This document shows positions 53,439 to 64,000 of a DNA stretch of 64,000 nt, in pieces (position 1 is the first letter of the stretch; every line of letters begins with the position of its first letter). The stretch lies in assembly GCA_964188305.1 (NCBI GenBank), contig OZ076895.1. The stretch is one strand, 5' to 3'. Below the pieces are notes generated by a model. It was not told the DNA's origin and searched no databases. It saw only the letters and a program-made list of their open reading frames with translations. The position numbers and the translations under genes are program-made. The DNA is from Podarcis bocagei. Its lineage: Eukaryota.

Positions 53439-53936
53439 AGAGCTGGACCATAAAGAAGGCTGATTGCCGAAGAATTGATGCTTTTGAATTATGGTGCTGG
53501 AGGAGACTCTTGAGAGTCCCATGGACTGCAAGAAGATCAGACCTATCCATTCTTAAGGAAATCAGCCCTGAGTGCTCACTGGAAGGACAGATCCTGAAGC
53601 TGAGGCTCTAATACTTTGGCCACCTCATGAGAAGAGAAGACTCCCTGGAAAATACCCTGATGTTGGGAAAGATGGAGGGCACAAGGAGAAGGGGGCGACA
53701 GAGGACGAGATGGTTGGACTGTGTTCTTGAAGCTACTAACATGAGTTTGACCAAACTGTGGAAGGCAGTGGAAGACAGGAGTGCCTGGCGTGCTCTGGTC
53801 CATGGGGTCACGAAGAGTCTGAAGAAGTGCGCATGCACACAAAAGCTCATTCCAAAAACAAACTTAGTTGGTATCTAAGGTGCTACTGGAAGGATTTTTT
53901 TTTATTTTGTTACAACAGCAATAGCAACAACAACAA
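53439..53936 (+). mobile_element. BovB LINE 3' fragment with a Penelope-like segment (53819-53910) before its (CAA)n tail
   Basis: RRIDAFELWCWRRLLRVPW...GHLMRREDSLE.TLMLGK.EG.RRRGRQR.RWLD...gtccatggggtcacgaagagtc. Confidence 0.92.
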
Positions 53937-54633
53937 TACTGCAAGCTGAGTGCTCTTTTCCATGCTTTTTGCATCCAGAAAAATCCATTTGCAAAGTATT
54001 AAAAAATGAGTGCTAAACCTGCACTGTATTCCATTATAGTTGAAAAATGGAATAAACTTCAATGTGAATGCAGCCTAAGTCTGATCAGCCTATCCTCTCC
54101 CTTAAGACAATGATCTCCAAGATCTGGGAGAATTTCTCCAAAACCCCACTATTAATTGTGTTCACACTGCAGTCTCACAAGGCCAAATTGGCATGTACGC
54201 AAACTGGGTAGAGCGTGAAGTCTACACTTCCACAAGAAACGTAAGCTAAATTCCTACTTCTGCACTTCATACAATCACCTCCATATAGTGACAGCCATCA
54301 TACATAAAAGAGGTAATGTGAATTGGTCCTCAATGCATCAAACAAATAAAGCAGTTCAGAGTTTATAGAATAGTATGTATTGTTCCTTAATATATCACAG
54401 GTTTACTACACAGAAAGTTTTGAAAACTCGGCAAGGAGCATGCAAGACTAATTTGGGAAAAGGCTATTAAAATTTAAATATAAGTAAAGCAGCTCCAGAA
54501 ACAACTGGTCATGCACTGAGAACTGCACATCCAAAACAATATGTACAAGTGTCAGCTTGCAAATCTAGCCCCTCTGTAAATTTGAATGATATTTTTTAAT
54601 AAAAAATAAAAACCTCTTAGAGTTGGTTCTTAC

Positions 54634-54708
54634 CATGAACCTGATGGTGTGGGTAGAATTTCCCCAGGCTGAAAATTTCTGCCTTTATAGTGGCATCGGC
54701 AACTAACC
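54634..54708 (-). CDS. OTOGL: OTOGL exon w10: VSCRCHYKGRNFQPGEILPTPSGS
   Basis: tag/gtaaga, 75 nt; an alternative in-frame AG lies 6 nt downstream. Confidence 0.9.
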
Positions 54709-54934
54709 CTAATAAAAGAAAGCTTATGAATTCAGTTATAATATAGTATTACAGAACAAAAGGTGATATATAATTCATACATCATATCCTAATTGTTACA
54801 ATAAGAAGATGAGGAGGTCCGTCCATTTCAAGTCTACAATTTGCACAATAATGAGGGAAAATATTCTGAAAGCTAGAACTAGGATGTGTTTGCTTTTTTA
54901 AACAATACAATTAAATAAATTTTAAATGGCTTAC

Positions 54935-55100
54935 ATTGGCACACAAAAGTTGATAGATTCTTCAAAGTATTTTCCATCAGGGCAATTACATCCTTCAGCA
55001 CAATCATGATTGCAGGCATCCAAAAATGAGAGGGAGGAACAGGAATGCTCACAGAAGGAGGAGCACTGGTGGTACAGCATACCACTTCTGCACATTAATG
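54935..55100 (-). CDS. OTOGL: OTOGL exon w9 (TIL): ALMCRSGMLYHQCSSFC...NFCVP
   Basis: cag/gtaagc, 166 nt. Confidence 0.93.
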
Positions 55101-55552
55101 CTGCAGATAAACAATGTATTGTTCAAATGTCAGAATGTCAGGCCCAGACATCAAGATGCACTGCTACACTTTAACAAAACCCACTTTCTCCTTAGCATTA
55201 TTTATTAGATTTTTATCTGACCTTTCCTTCCAAAAAACAGAAACGAAACAATAAAAGCAATACAATTTAAACCTTAAACACACAAACACCAAATGAATAT
55301 CCACAAAACTAATAATGTCAAAGCTGCTGATAATGTACTGTATTTCTGTTCTCAAATGCCTAGGTGAACAGGACTGTTTTTTAATTCCTCTAAACATTAA
55401 TATGGAGTGGCTGTCTCAGTTGGCACTGCTCTGTGGTGGTTCCAGTCCTACTTGGATGCTTGTATTCAGAAGGTGGTGCCTGGCGAGTGGAACCTTCAGT
55501 TGGGGGTTCTGCAAGGTTTGATTTTATTCCTCATATTGTTTAACATCTACAC

Positions 55553-55688
55553 AAGGCATAGGCAAACTCAGCCCTCCAGATGTTTTGGAACTACAACTCC
55601 CACCATCCCTGACCACTGGTCCTGTTAGCTAGAGATTATGGGAGTTGTGGTCCCAAAACATCTGGAGGGCCAAGTTTGCCTATGCCTG
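55553..55688. mobile_element. Palindromic hAT MITE nested in L2
   Basis: GGCATAGGCAAACT TIRs; TSD ATCTACAC/ATCTACAT. Confidence 0.88.
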
Positions 55689-56085
55689 ATCTACATGAAA
55701 CCACTGAATGTGCTTATCCAGAATTTTGGAGTATGTTTGTCAGCAATGTGCTGATGACATACTGCTCCGATACTCCTTTAAAACCTGCAGGTGTGGCAGT
55801 GGACTGATGCTAGATTGATGTATTGTCTTAGTACTGCACTGGATGAGAGCCAATAACCTGAAGCTTAATTCAGACAAGCGGTGCAATTAGTGGGTTGTTC
55901 TCTAGACTGGATGGATGGGATGTGGCCTGTTCTGGATGAGGTCACATTCCCTCTGAAGGAGCAGGTACATAGTTTGGAGTACTTCCGGGGCCATCACTGT
56001 CATTTGAGTCTCAGGAGGCCTCAGTGGTGTAGACTGCCTTCATCTGGTGGCTACACCAGAGTAGCCTTACATCTATTGTCTATGC

Positions 56086-56140
<55 letters not shown>
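56086..56140. repeat. (AAT)n microsatellite
   Basis: Direct reading. Confidence 0.95.
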
Positions 56141-56892
56141 TATCCCACCTTCCCCAGCTGAAGCCGGGCTCAGAGCGACAAACAATTTTAGTGCAGAATT
56201 TAGCAACCAGGTTGCTCACCAGGACAAGATGGTCTGAGCACACAACACCAATCCTTGCCTGACAGCCCTGCCTACCAATTAGTTTCTGGCCTCAATATGT
56301 CAAAATGCTGGGTTTGACATATAAAGACTTATGTGGCTCAGGACCCTAATACATCAGTGACTACCTCCCCCTACCTTAACTGGCCCAAACACTGCAGTTG
56401 TCATCTGTTGCCAATGCTGTATATTTATTTCCAGCTATATATTATGGTCAGGGTTAATTGCCCAATAGTAAGAGTCTAAATTTCAGGTGAAGATTATAGA
56501 AGAGCATTTCAAACTTGCATGTAGTTCCCCCCCCCCCAACCTTCTAAGCATATAGATGCATCTGGCTAGTTTTGTGATGCGTTAAATCACTTGCTTCTTA
56601 GCAAACCGAGAAAGGCTGGTAAATTCTCAATGACACCCCCCCCCCCCGGACCAGGCTAGTACCTGTTCCATCTTACCAGCTTAATCAAGGAGCAGAGGAA
56701 TTCAGACATTAAAGAACAGGCCAGATCTGCTTAATGTTCAGTATGGGGTTACTAATCCAGGTAGATTTGGAAACAAGCAGTCTGAGGGTTTGGGGTTGCT
56801 GTTTTTTTGTTTTTGTTTTTTTTGAAGTCTGTAAGTATCCTAGTAATGCTTCAATTTTAAAAATAATAATAATTCACAGTTCAGTGACTCAC

Positions 56893-57102
56893 CACAATAT
56901 GAGACATGAGATCTGAAGTCAACAGTAACTCCATGCTTGCTGCATAGGTAAGTATAGTGTGCAAGAGCACTGCACAAACAGCTGCTCCCACATTTGCAAG
57001 CATCAAAGCGGCACCGCTGGTAGTATAATCCTGGGCTGATGTAGACATGACATGGAGCAAAGAGTTCTTGATTGAGGAGATCACACTGGGATGCATACCC
57101 AA
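56893..57102 (-). CDS. OTOGL: OTOGL exon w8 (C8): VGYASQCDLLNQELFAPCH...HVSYC
   Basis: tag/gtgagt, 210 nt. Confidence 0.93.
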
Positions 57103-57501
57103 CTAAGGGAAAGCAACATTTGGCTTATAGCAGTACTCATACTATTTAAAGCACTTGGTGAAAAGTAAGTAGCCAAGACTGATAACACTACACCAAAACT
57201 ACAGGCTAGCCAAAACATAATGCATGCAAATATACATACACAGTCCTCATCCTACTGACCTTAATGAGCACCATCCCAGGAAGCTAGGTGTATATGCTAG
57301 CCATTGAAATCAATGGGGTTTAAACAAACAGGAGAGAGATTTGCCTTTACCAGAAAGATTGCTCTGAATCTAAATGGCAGATTAAAGAAACAGCCCAAAA
57401 TCATCTGTAGGAGACAATAAAGTTCAGACACAGGAAAAGAACTGGGATCTAAGAACGCTATTATGATAAATCTACATCAAAACCCCCAAGTAAAAGTGCA
57501 C

Positions 57502-57626
57502 CATTTTGTTGGTTAATGTTACAAGGATCAACCACGGGGATGTTGACGGGCACATGGCACGCTGATGAAACCTTCCATGCGTTGGCATGGAGCTGCGGGG
57601 TGCCTTCAATCATTCCTGCTGGAGAT
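57502..57626 (-). CDS. OTOGL: OTOGL exon w7: SPAGMIEGTPQLHANAWK...NINQQN
   Basis: cag/gtgcac (weak donor), 125 nt, phase 2-1. Confidence 0.9.
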
Positions 57627-57965
57627 CTGAGGAGGAAAATGAGAGTGATTAGACAGAAGAACCAGACAGGACAAGAGAAAATGCCTGTCACTGGAAATAA
57701 ACTATTTGCCCTGACATCACCTAGGGTAGGCAAATGGACTCCCTCCAGATGTGGAACTCCAATTCCCATCAGCTCTAGCCAGCATGTCTGCAGGGCAGGA
57801 ATGATGGGAGGCATGCACAAGTGGAAGACTGTGAGCATAGAAGATGCTCACATGTCTGAAAACTTAATTTGGGGCTCTTTTTTCCTCACTAAAGTAACAT
57901 TTGACCATTGGCTACCTGTAGTCTTCTGAGAACAGTTCAAGCTGCTAGGTTTGCCTTTTAAACTA

Positions 57966-58207
57966 CAGTGGTTCCTCTGGTTACGTACTTAATTCGTTCC
58001 GGGGGTCCGTTCTTAACCTGAAACTGTTCTTAACCTGAAGCACCACTTTAGCTAATGGGGCCTCCCGCTGCCGCTGCGCCACCGCCGCGTGATTTCTGTT
58101 CTCATCCTGGAGCAAAGTTCTTAACCCGAGGTACTATTTCTGGGTTAGCGGAATCTGTAACCTGAAGCGTATGTAACCTGAAGTGTATGTAACCCAAGGT
58201 ACCACTG
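57966..58207. mobile_element. Tc1/mariner MITE
   Basis: TA|CAGTGGTTCCTC...AAGGTACCACTG|TA. Confidence 0.9.
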
Positions 58208-58610
58208 TATTTGAGAGCTACTTAAATAGGCTTATACATCTTGCCTTTTGCTCTGCTGTACTTTCAGGATCACCTGAGAGCATTTCCTTGATGCTTGCTG
58301 GTCACCACGTGGCAAGAACTTACAACAAGGGTATACAGAATCATGTTGGGTTGCTTTTATACAGTTACATAATTCAGTAGATTAGCCAAGCATAAACAAT
58401 ATCCAGAAAAGCTCTAGTAACTGATCATTTGGCTTGACTGAGTAACTAAGCTTTATCTAATAAAGTGTAGTGCTACATATTCTATATGTTGGTTAATATT
58501 TTGTATATCTGGATTTAATACACATCATTACTCAGGTTTTACATATGGGTTGAGTTTTGCTTATGAGCTAACTAAATGAATAATGAAGTAACAGTAGAAA
58601 TCAAACTTAC

Positions 58611-58788
58611 AGAAAATCATCTCTCAAGTTTCCATTATATGTTCCACATAGACCCAAAGTTCTCCTTTTCCAAGCAGCACTGAGTTGAATATACACTCTC
58701 TCGCCATCTTTAGCAAACTGAATTCTTAAACCAAATTTAGTTTTCAGCTGCACAAACAATGAAGACAGATTCCGTACTTCAGCATACC
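58611..58788 (-). CDS. OTOGL: OTOGL exon w6: GYAEVRNLSS...TLGLCGTYNGNLRDDF
   Basis: tag/gtaagt, 178 nt, VWD GLCG motif. Confidence 0.93.
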
Positions 58789-59278
58789 CTACACGTAACA
58801 GAAGGTGGGGTAATTCCCCAAACAACGTTAAATAATTGTCCAGAGGTACGAGACTGCATTCTTTTGTTAACACAAGCTAACATAGTATCAAAACAGAGAG
58901 ATGTTATTTTTAACCTATATGGAAGAAACTGTAATTCCATCTTCATAATGTCAACTCTTTAAAAAATGATTTTTTTTTAAAAAAGAGCATTTTTTAATAT
59001 AGAGAACTCTGCCACTATTATTCCGTTTAACTAAAAGCAAACAAGCAAACAAAAAGAACTGATGACGACCTTCTCCAAACCCCTTTGGAGCCTTCTCAAG
59101 GTGGGAAATTGAGAGGGATTGGGTGACAAGTTATCCAGGAGGGCTTTGTGGTTTATTCAGCCTCAAGTGGCAGACACTTCAGATAGAATAGTCCCTTGCA
59201 GCTATTTTGTATATACCATATACAAGAGTGAAAGAAGTTTAAAATACTTCCAGAGAGGAGCCTCCTGACAAGGTGCCC

Positions 59279-59604
59279 AAAGCATGAGATATCAATTAAC
59301 CGTGACAAGAGAAGCCTATAAAACGTGCTTCGTTTCGTATGTATTCTGTTTCACATACAGAACCTGAGGGATGTGGGCCAACTACCTAATACGGTTCACA
59401 TGATGAGTGAAATATGTATGCTAATCATTCAAGGCCGAAAGCATAATATATCAATTAACTGTAACAAGATCAGGCTCAGGGCTATAAAACTTGCTTCGTT
59501 TCATGCGTTTTTGCTTTCACATATAGAATTCCAGAGATGTGGGCCAACTAGCTAATGCAAGTCACATGATGAATGAAGTTCTGTATACTAATCTATCAAT
59601 GCCT
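59279..59604. repeat. Diverged tandem duplication, two ~160-bp units
   Basis: aaagcat..atatcaattaac..ctataaaac.tgcttcgtttc..gatgtgggccaacta..cacatgatga occurs at 59279 and again at 59438. Confidence 0.88.
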
Positions 59605-59869
59605 TCAGTTATTTAATTTGGATGATTCCTCAGTTCCCAAACTGAAAAAGAGTTTTCTGGAGTTGGAAACCCTGATTCATATCAACTGATAACAGTTCAT
59701 TTTTTTAAAAAAAGCCACACAATTATTTAACTCATCTTCTGTGCCAGGCATGAGAAAACACACACAGAGAGACATTAATGTAAAAAATTGTATATTTTCA
59801 TTGAAACAGACTGGCTAGAAAAGGAACAATAAGAACCTTAATAGAAGGGTATTGTAATAAATGTCTTAC

Positions 59870-59996
59870 CATTTAGGTTCAAACCCTGACTGGAAGAGCT
59901 ATACTGAACTTCACCACCTCGGTTCAAAGTCACTTGCTTGTTCAAGTCATCTTCAAGAACTAGTGTTATAGACTGAATGCAGACATGATCAAGATT
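59870..59996 (-). CDS. OTOGL: OTOGL exon w5: NLDHVCIQSITLVLEDDLNKQ...LNLN
   Basis: cag/gtaaga, 127 nt. Confidence 0.92.
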
Positions 59997-60111
59997 CTGA
60001 ATGGGCCCAGGAAGGCAGGGCAATGGGGAACACAAGGAAAGGAAAAATATAGACAAGTATTTCCTAAACTGCATTCCATTCATTCCATTCCATTTTGAGT
60101 AATATTCCATT

Positions 60112-60303
60112 TTTATTAGGCCGTCCTCCAAGGAAGAGGGCAATGTTCTTTTTCCTACCCCTGCCCATTTAATCCTCCCAACAACCCTGAAAGTAACTTA
60201 AACTGAGAGGTAGTGACCGACCCAAGGTCACCTAGTGAGCTACATGGCTGAGTGGGAATTTGACCCTGGTCTCCCCAATCTAGCATTCTATCCACTACAC
60301 CAG
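60112..60303 (-). mobile_element. MIR/CORE-like SINE remnant
   Basis: aatcctc.caacaaccctg...cccaaggtcacc.agtgagc..atggctgag.gggaatttga.cctggtctcc. Confidence 0.7.
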
Positions 60304-61067
60304 GCCTAGAGGAAAGAGCTGCAATATACCATTAAAAAATAACTTTAGAGATAATAAATGAATTAATTATACTCATGGAATGCAGCAGCACCCTCTAGAG
60401 TTTCGTTGTACTACAACTTCCATCAATGACCATTGGCCATACTAGCTGGGGCTGATGGGAGTTATTAGCCTGCAACATCTGGACGATGTCATGTTGGCTA
60501 ACCTTGAGCTACACATATTAAACTCAAAGAATGGTTTCATACATAAGAGGAAGAGATTGATGCTGCAGCATTCTGGATTTAACTAGCCAGCAGTTGAAAT
60601 GCCCTATCGTTAATATTTTAATATTCTGTGAGCTCTCAGATTTATTGTTTCCCCCCCCAAAAAAAAAACAACAACGAGAGAGCTTATAAAATATCAAATA
60701 AATATCTCAGTCAGTTTCAAAATGCCTCTTATCTGGCTGGCAGTATATCAAACCTGTTCAGCCCTGTCACCAAGAGCATTTATCTGCCTAAGACACCTGC
60801 TCAGACTGTAACCAAATATGTAGATGCTTGTGTAATCATGCGTGAATGAAAAGCTCTGTAGACTTAATCTCAGTAAAAGGCGCAATTGGCTTTACAAAAA
60901 GGCAATACTTACGACTGAAATGGAATCCAGGTTATGATCAGGTAGACACTCAATATTAAGAAAAAAAGAATGATTTATTGTTGCTAATCCTCTTAATTAA
61001 TTAATTGGCTCCAATGGTGTAGGTATTTATATATCAGCATAGAATTTTATTTTAAGCATAACCTTAC

Positions 61068-61213
61068 CTGACCGCATGGAGTTTTCTGTACAGTAATTGT
61101 GAATTTGTCTTTCCCGGTGCCCTTCACCAGAATGTACTGACAGATCCCAAGGAAGGTATAATGGCGACCATCAAAAGTTGTGAAATGGGAATCACCAACG
61201 ATTGAACATTCAG
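61068..61213 (-). CDS. OTOGL: OTOGL exon w4 (VWD start): [19 protein letters not shown]...TPCGQ
   Basis: aag/gtaagg, 146 nt, VWD GDxH-TFDG motif. Confidence 0.93.
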
Positions 61214-61454
61214 CTTAAGGCAAGAACAGTTAAATATTTAGTTGGATATTGCCCACTGAATTCAATGGAATTGAGTTCTGAGTAGATGTATAAGATTTCA
61301 CTGCTAGTGGTTCAGAGGTTTACAATATCTTTTGTATTAGATTTCAACTGATGTGTCACTTTTAGTATTTTTACTTATTAACGTACCAACTTTTAAATAT
61401 ATTAATACAAAGTAAACAAAAAATTATCTTACAAAAACAGAAAAAATAAATTAC

Positions 61455-61501
61455 CTGGGCAATCATGTTCGGTGCAGTTCCAAATTCCACCAATACAAAT
61501 A
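61455..61501 (-). CDS. OTOGL: OTOGL exon w3: CICIGGIWNCTEHDCP
   Basis: cag/gtaat, 47 nt, phase 2-1. Confidence 0.92.
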
Positions 61502-61694
61502 CTGAAACAAAGTAGACAATGTGTTAACAGAACAGAATGCTGGGAGAAAACATCGTAACCCTTTTGACATTTACTATATAAATGCAACTATTAAAACTCC
61601 CACAATAATAGCACAACAAGGCAAATGCTTTAAAGTAAGGTCATTAAAGCTATTCAGACACAAGACAGAGATAATAGAAGTAATGTCTACATAC

Positions 61695-61803
61695 CAGTCA
61701 CTACATTCTTGCTCAATTTTTGAACCAACAGGAAATGCTGTCCCATGATAAACACATGGGCAATCAGAGAGGGAAATACAAGTTCCATTGTCCATTATGA
61801 GAC
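61695..61803 (-). CDS. OTOGL: OTOGL exon w2: GLIMDNGTCISLSDCPCVYHG...EQECSD
   Basis: ag/gtatgt, 109 nt, phase 1-2; overlaps ORF 61574-61795. Confidence 0.93.
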
Positions 61804-61841
61804 CTAAGGTTATAAAAAAATACCATTTATGTTAGCACAAT

Positions 61842-61844
<3 letters not shown>

Positions 61845-61880
<36 letters not shown>
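61845..61880. repeat. (CA)n(TA)n microsatellite
   Basis: Direct reading. Confidence 0.95.
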
Positions 61881-61881
<1 letters not shown>

Positions 61882-62903
61882 CCTGTCATTCATTATGTAG
61901 CAAAGATGTTCATCAGCTGAAGTTTAGGGAGGGATGTTGATAAGGCCTTCTCTGGACTTAACGGTTTAAAACCATGTTTTCTCAACCATGGTTAGGATGC
62001 AAGAGAGTTTGATACTAAATGAAGCATTAATACCCAACTGTGGTTAAGGATTATATCAGGACTGCCATTTAATCCCTAACCACTGTTGAGGCTGATGACA
62101 GCATGAATACTCCGAGTATGGTTTAGGGGATTTTGTTGCTGTTGTTGATATTAATTTTTTGTATCCCTATTTTTAGATTTTACGATTTATGTGGAAATAG
62201 TTCAATTTGGTTATATGCTTTTTGGTTTTATTGTTTATGACTACTTTGGTTATGCTTGTGATTATGTAACTACGGAAAGGCGGCATACAAATGAAATGAT
62301 GATGGTGATGATAAGTAGCAATGGTAGTAAATAGAGAAAGAAGTCCACAACCTGTCAGTTTATTCGCTATCAATTAACCAGGATTAAGAGACTGCCATGA
62401 TACATCTGCACCAATTCACAGCGTGTATGTACATGCCTAGACTAGCCTATGGTCTAAAATTGGGAAATTCTGTACAGACAACAAAACCATCCTATTAAGA
62501 GACAACAAATACTGCTGTGACCAATACTGACAACTCTCAAATAGCATTATTTACTTGTACTGTACATCTATATCTGCCATTCACATGTTTGGTGAGCTTT
62601 CATACTGACCCAGAGTTGTAAAGAATTCAGTACCTTTTTAAAGCAATACACAAAACAGTATATAGCAAGAGTTGGGAAGAAAAAAAGATGTATAAAAATG
62701 AAATAGAAACACACATATGCTTTCCTGAGGTTCTGACTATCTTTACACAGAATCTACAGGTTCTTCTGTACATACAACCTAGAAATCAACAGGAACTTCA
62801 GAAGATGCAGGTCAAAAGGAGTGTCCCCATTAAAACACACTTCTGTTGTGAGCAGAGTGGTTCTAACATTCAGATAAGGTAATTGAAAAAGCAGCTTACT
62901 TAC

Positions 62904-63029
62904 CATCGGGACAGTAGCATCCATCTAAGCAATGAAGATTACTGCCAAGACAATCTTTCTCAAAAGTGCAGGTTGGGGGACAACAGCTAATACAATCCCG
63001 ATGGATAAAACTATCTTCACACTTATCAT
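62904..63029 (-). CDS. OTOGL: OTOGL exon w1 (TIL): DKCEDSFIHRDCISCCPPTCTFEKDCLGSNLHCLDGCYCPD
   Basis: ag/gtaagt boundaries, 126 nt, phase 1-1. Confidence 0.93.
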
Positions 63030-63350
63030 CTAAAATACAAGAAGTTCAAAACATTGCTATGATCCTGGACATTGCATTTAGATAAGAAGACATATTGCAC
63101 AAACCCAATAAATTAATGGTCCTAAGTTAGTTGTGTTCATCAACTTCAATGGGTCTACCTTGAGACTAGCATTGAATACCACCCACAAAGTATTGTTCTA
63201 CAGTGTCTTAATAGTACTGTAACTAATTACTAGTATCCTAAATTTAGCATATGTTTCACGTCCAAACATCTTCAGGTAGGACCTTTATAGGCACATTCAT
63301 AGTAAGAGGAATCTGGAGTGTAGACATGTACATTTATAGGAACCAGGAGA

Positions 63351-63409
<59 letters not shown>

Positions 63410-63436
63410 AGGGAGAGGGAGAGGGAGAGGGAGAGA
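63351..63436. repeat. (GT)n(GA)n(GAGGGA)n compound microsatellite
   Basis: Direct reading. Confidence 0.95.
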
Positions 63437-63764
63437 ATGTAAATAATCCTGAAATCTAGTATGAAAAATTGTGGTACATAAATATTTTACATAAATATTT
63501 ATATGAATGTAATGTAGAATACACATCAGCTTTGACAGGATATTAAAACATCTCTATTACCCTGGCCAAGTAGTCAAAATCCTACAATTTGAAAGCAATT
63601 ACTTAGAATTGTTCTTGTTTCCACTCTGAATGGCTGTAACGTGCCAACTATACCATTGGGTTGCTGCAGTGGAAATTTCTCAGTGGTATTAGGTTGGTCC
63701 AACAAACACCTTTAACACTGATTGATACACTGAAGCTATTGTTTGGCTGACCTAATATTAAAGA

Positions 63765-64000
63765 TAAATGTAAAGGGACCGCTGACCGTTAAGTCCAGTC
63801 ATGGATGACTCAGGGGTTGCGGTGCTCATCTCACTTTACTGGCCGAGGGAGCCGGCGTTTGTCTGCAGACAGCTTCCAGGTCATGTGGCCAGCATGACTA
63901 AGCCACTTCTGGTGAAACCAGAGCAGTGCAGGGAAACCTTCCCACCGGAGCGGTACCTATTTATCTACTTGCACTTTGTGCTTTCGAACTACTAGGTTGG
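63765..64000 (-). mobile_element. Sauria SINE (cut by window end)
   Basis: Homologous to 37695-38044. Confidence 0.9.

Larger units (their letters stand above)
55405..56400 (+). mobile_element. Decayed L2 LINE reverse-transcriptase fragments
   Basis: GVLQGLIL..ILFNIY(M)KPL...ADD-like remnant, then a H.TP.L...LP...TYK remnant. Confidence 0.7.
794..63029 (-). other. OTOGL: Otogelin-like gene, partial span (45 coding exons in window; 5' exons and terminal exon(s) outside)
   Basis: Exon peptides match recalled OTOGL sequence in order, e.g. MIEGTPQLHANAW, VSLESAERPNYFLYVHD, FCEKMWIN.TYFWNYECDALSAYVALCNK. All junctions are GT-AG and phases chain without a stop (8135 nt). Confidence 0.96.

Noticed and set aside
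59399-59604. C/D box snoRNAs (ATGATGA)
   Set aside because: No properly spaced CTGA D box, and the motif is antisense to the host gene.
48500-61200. GDPH autocleavage or CGLC (CXXC) motifs in the VWD domains
   Set aside because: The sequences read GDSH and GDRH, and LGLCG/AGLCG/EGLCG; neither motif is present.
794-63029. Calling the gene OTOG, a mucin or VWF because of the long PTS exon
   Set aside because: Flanking exon peptides follow the recalled OTOGL sequence nearly residue for residue; the PTS exon alone is not diagnostic.

Overview
Vertebrate genomic DNA from a squamate, probably a lacertid lizard, judged from the Sauria SINEs, BovB and lizard-type MITEs. The whole window lies inside one minus-strand gene, otogelin-like (OTOGL), an inner-ear vWF/gel-mucin-family matrix protein. 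I traced 45 GT-AG exons by hand (63029 down to 794). Their splice phases chain into one stop-free frame of 8135 nt (~2711 codons): TIL/E - VWD2-C8-TIL-E - TIL'E' - VWD3-C8 - AbfB-like beta-trefoil - TIL - PTS region - D4 assembly - VWC-like repeats - start of the cystine knot. The 5' exons and the last exon(s) lie outside the window. The standout observation is a single 2576-nt exon encoding an ~858-aa, internally Cys-free, non-repetitive mucin-like Pro/Thr/Ser domain, where human OTOGL (as recalled) has only a ~45-aa linker. Introns hold Sauria SINEs, hAT and Tc1/mariner MITEs with clear TSDs, a solo LTR, L2/RTE/BovB fragments, Penelope-like ends with decayed minimal hammerhead motifs, microsatellites and a 148-nt N gap. 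No prokaryotic features, RNA genes or CRISPR arrays were found.
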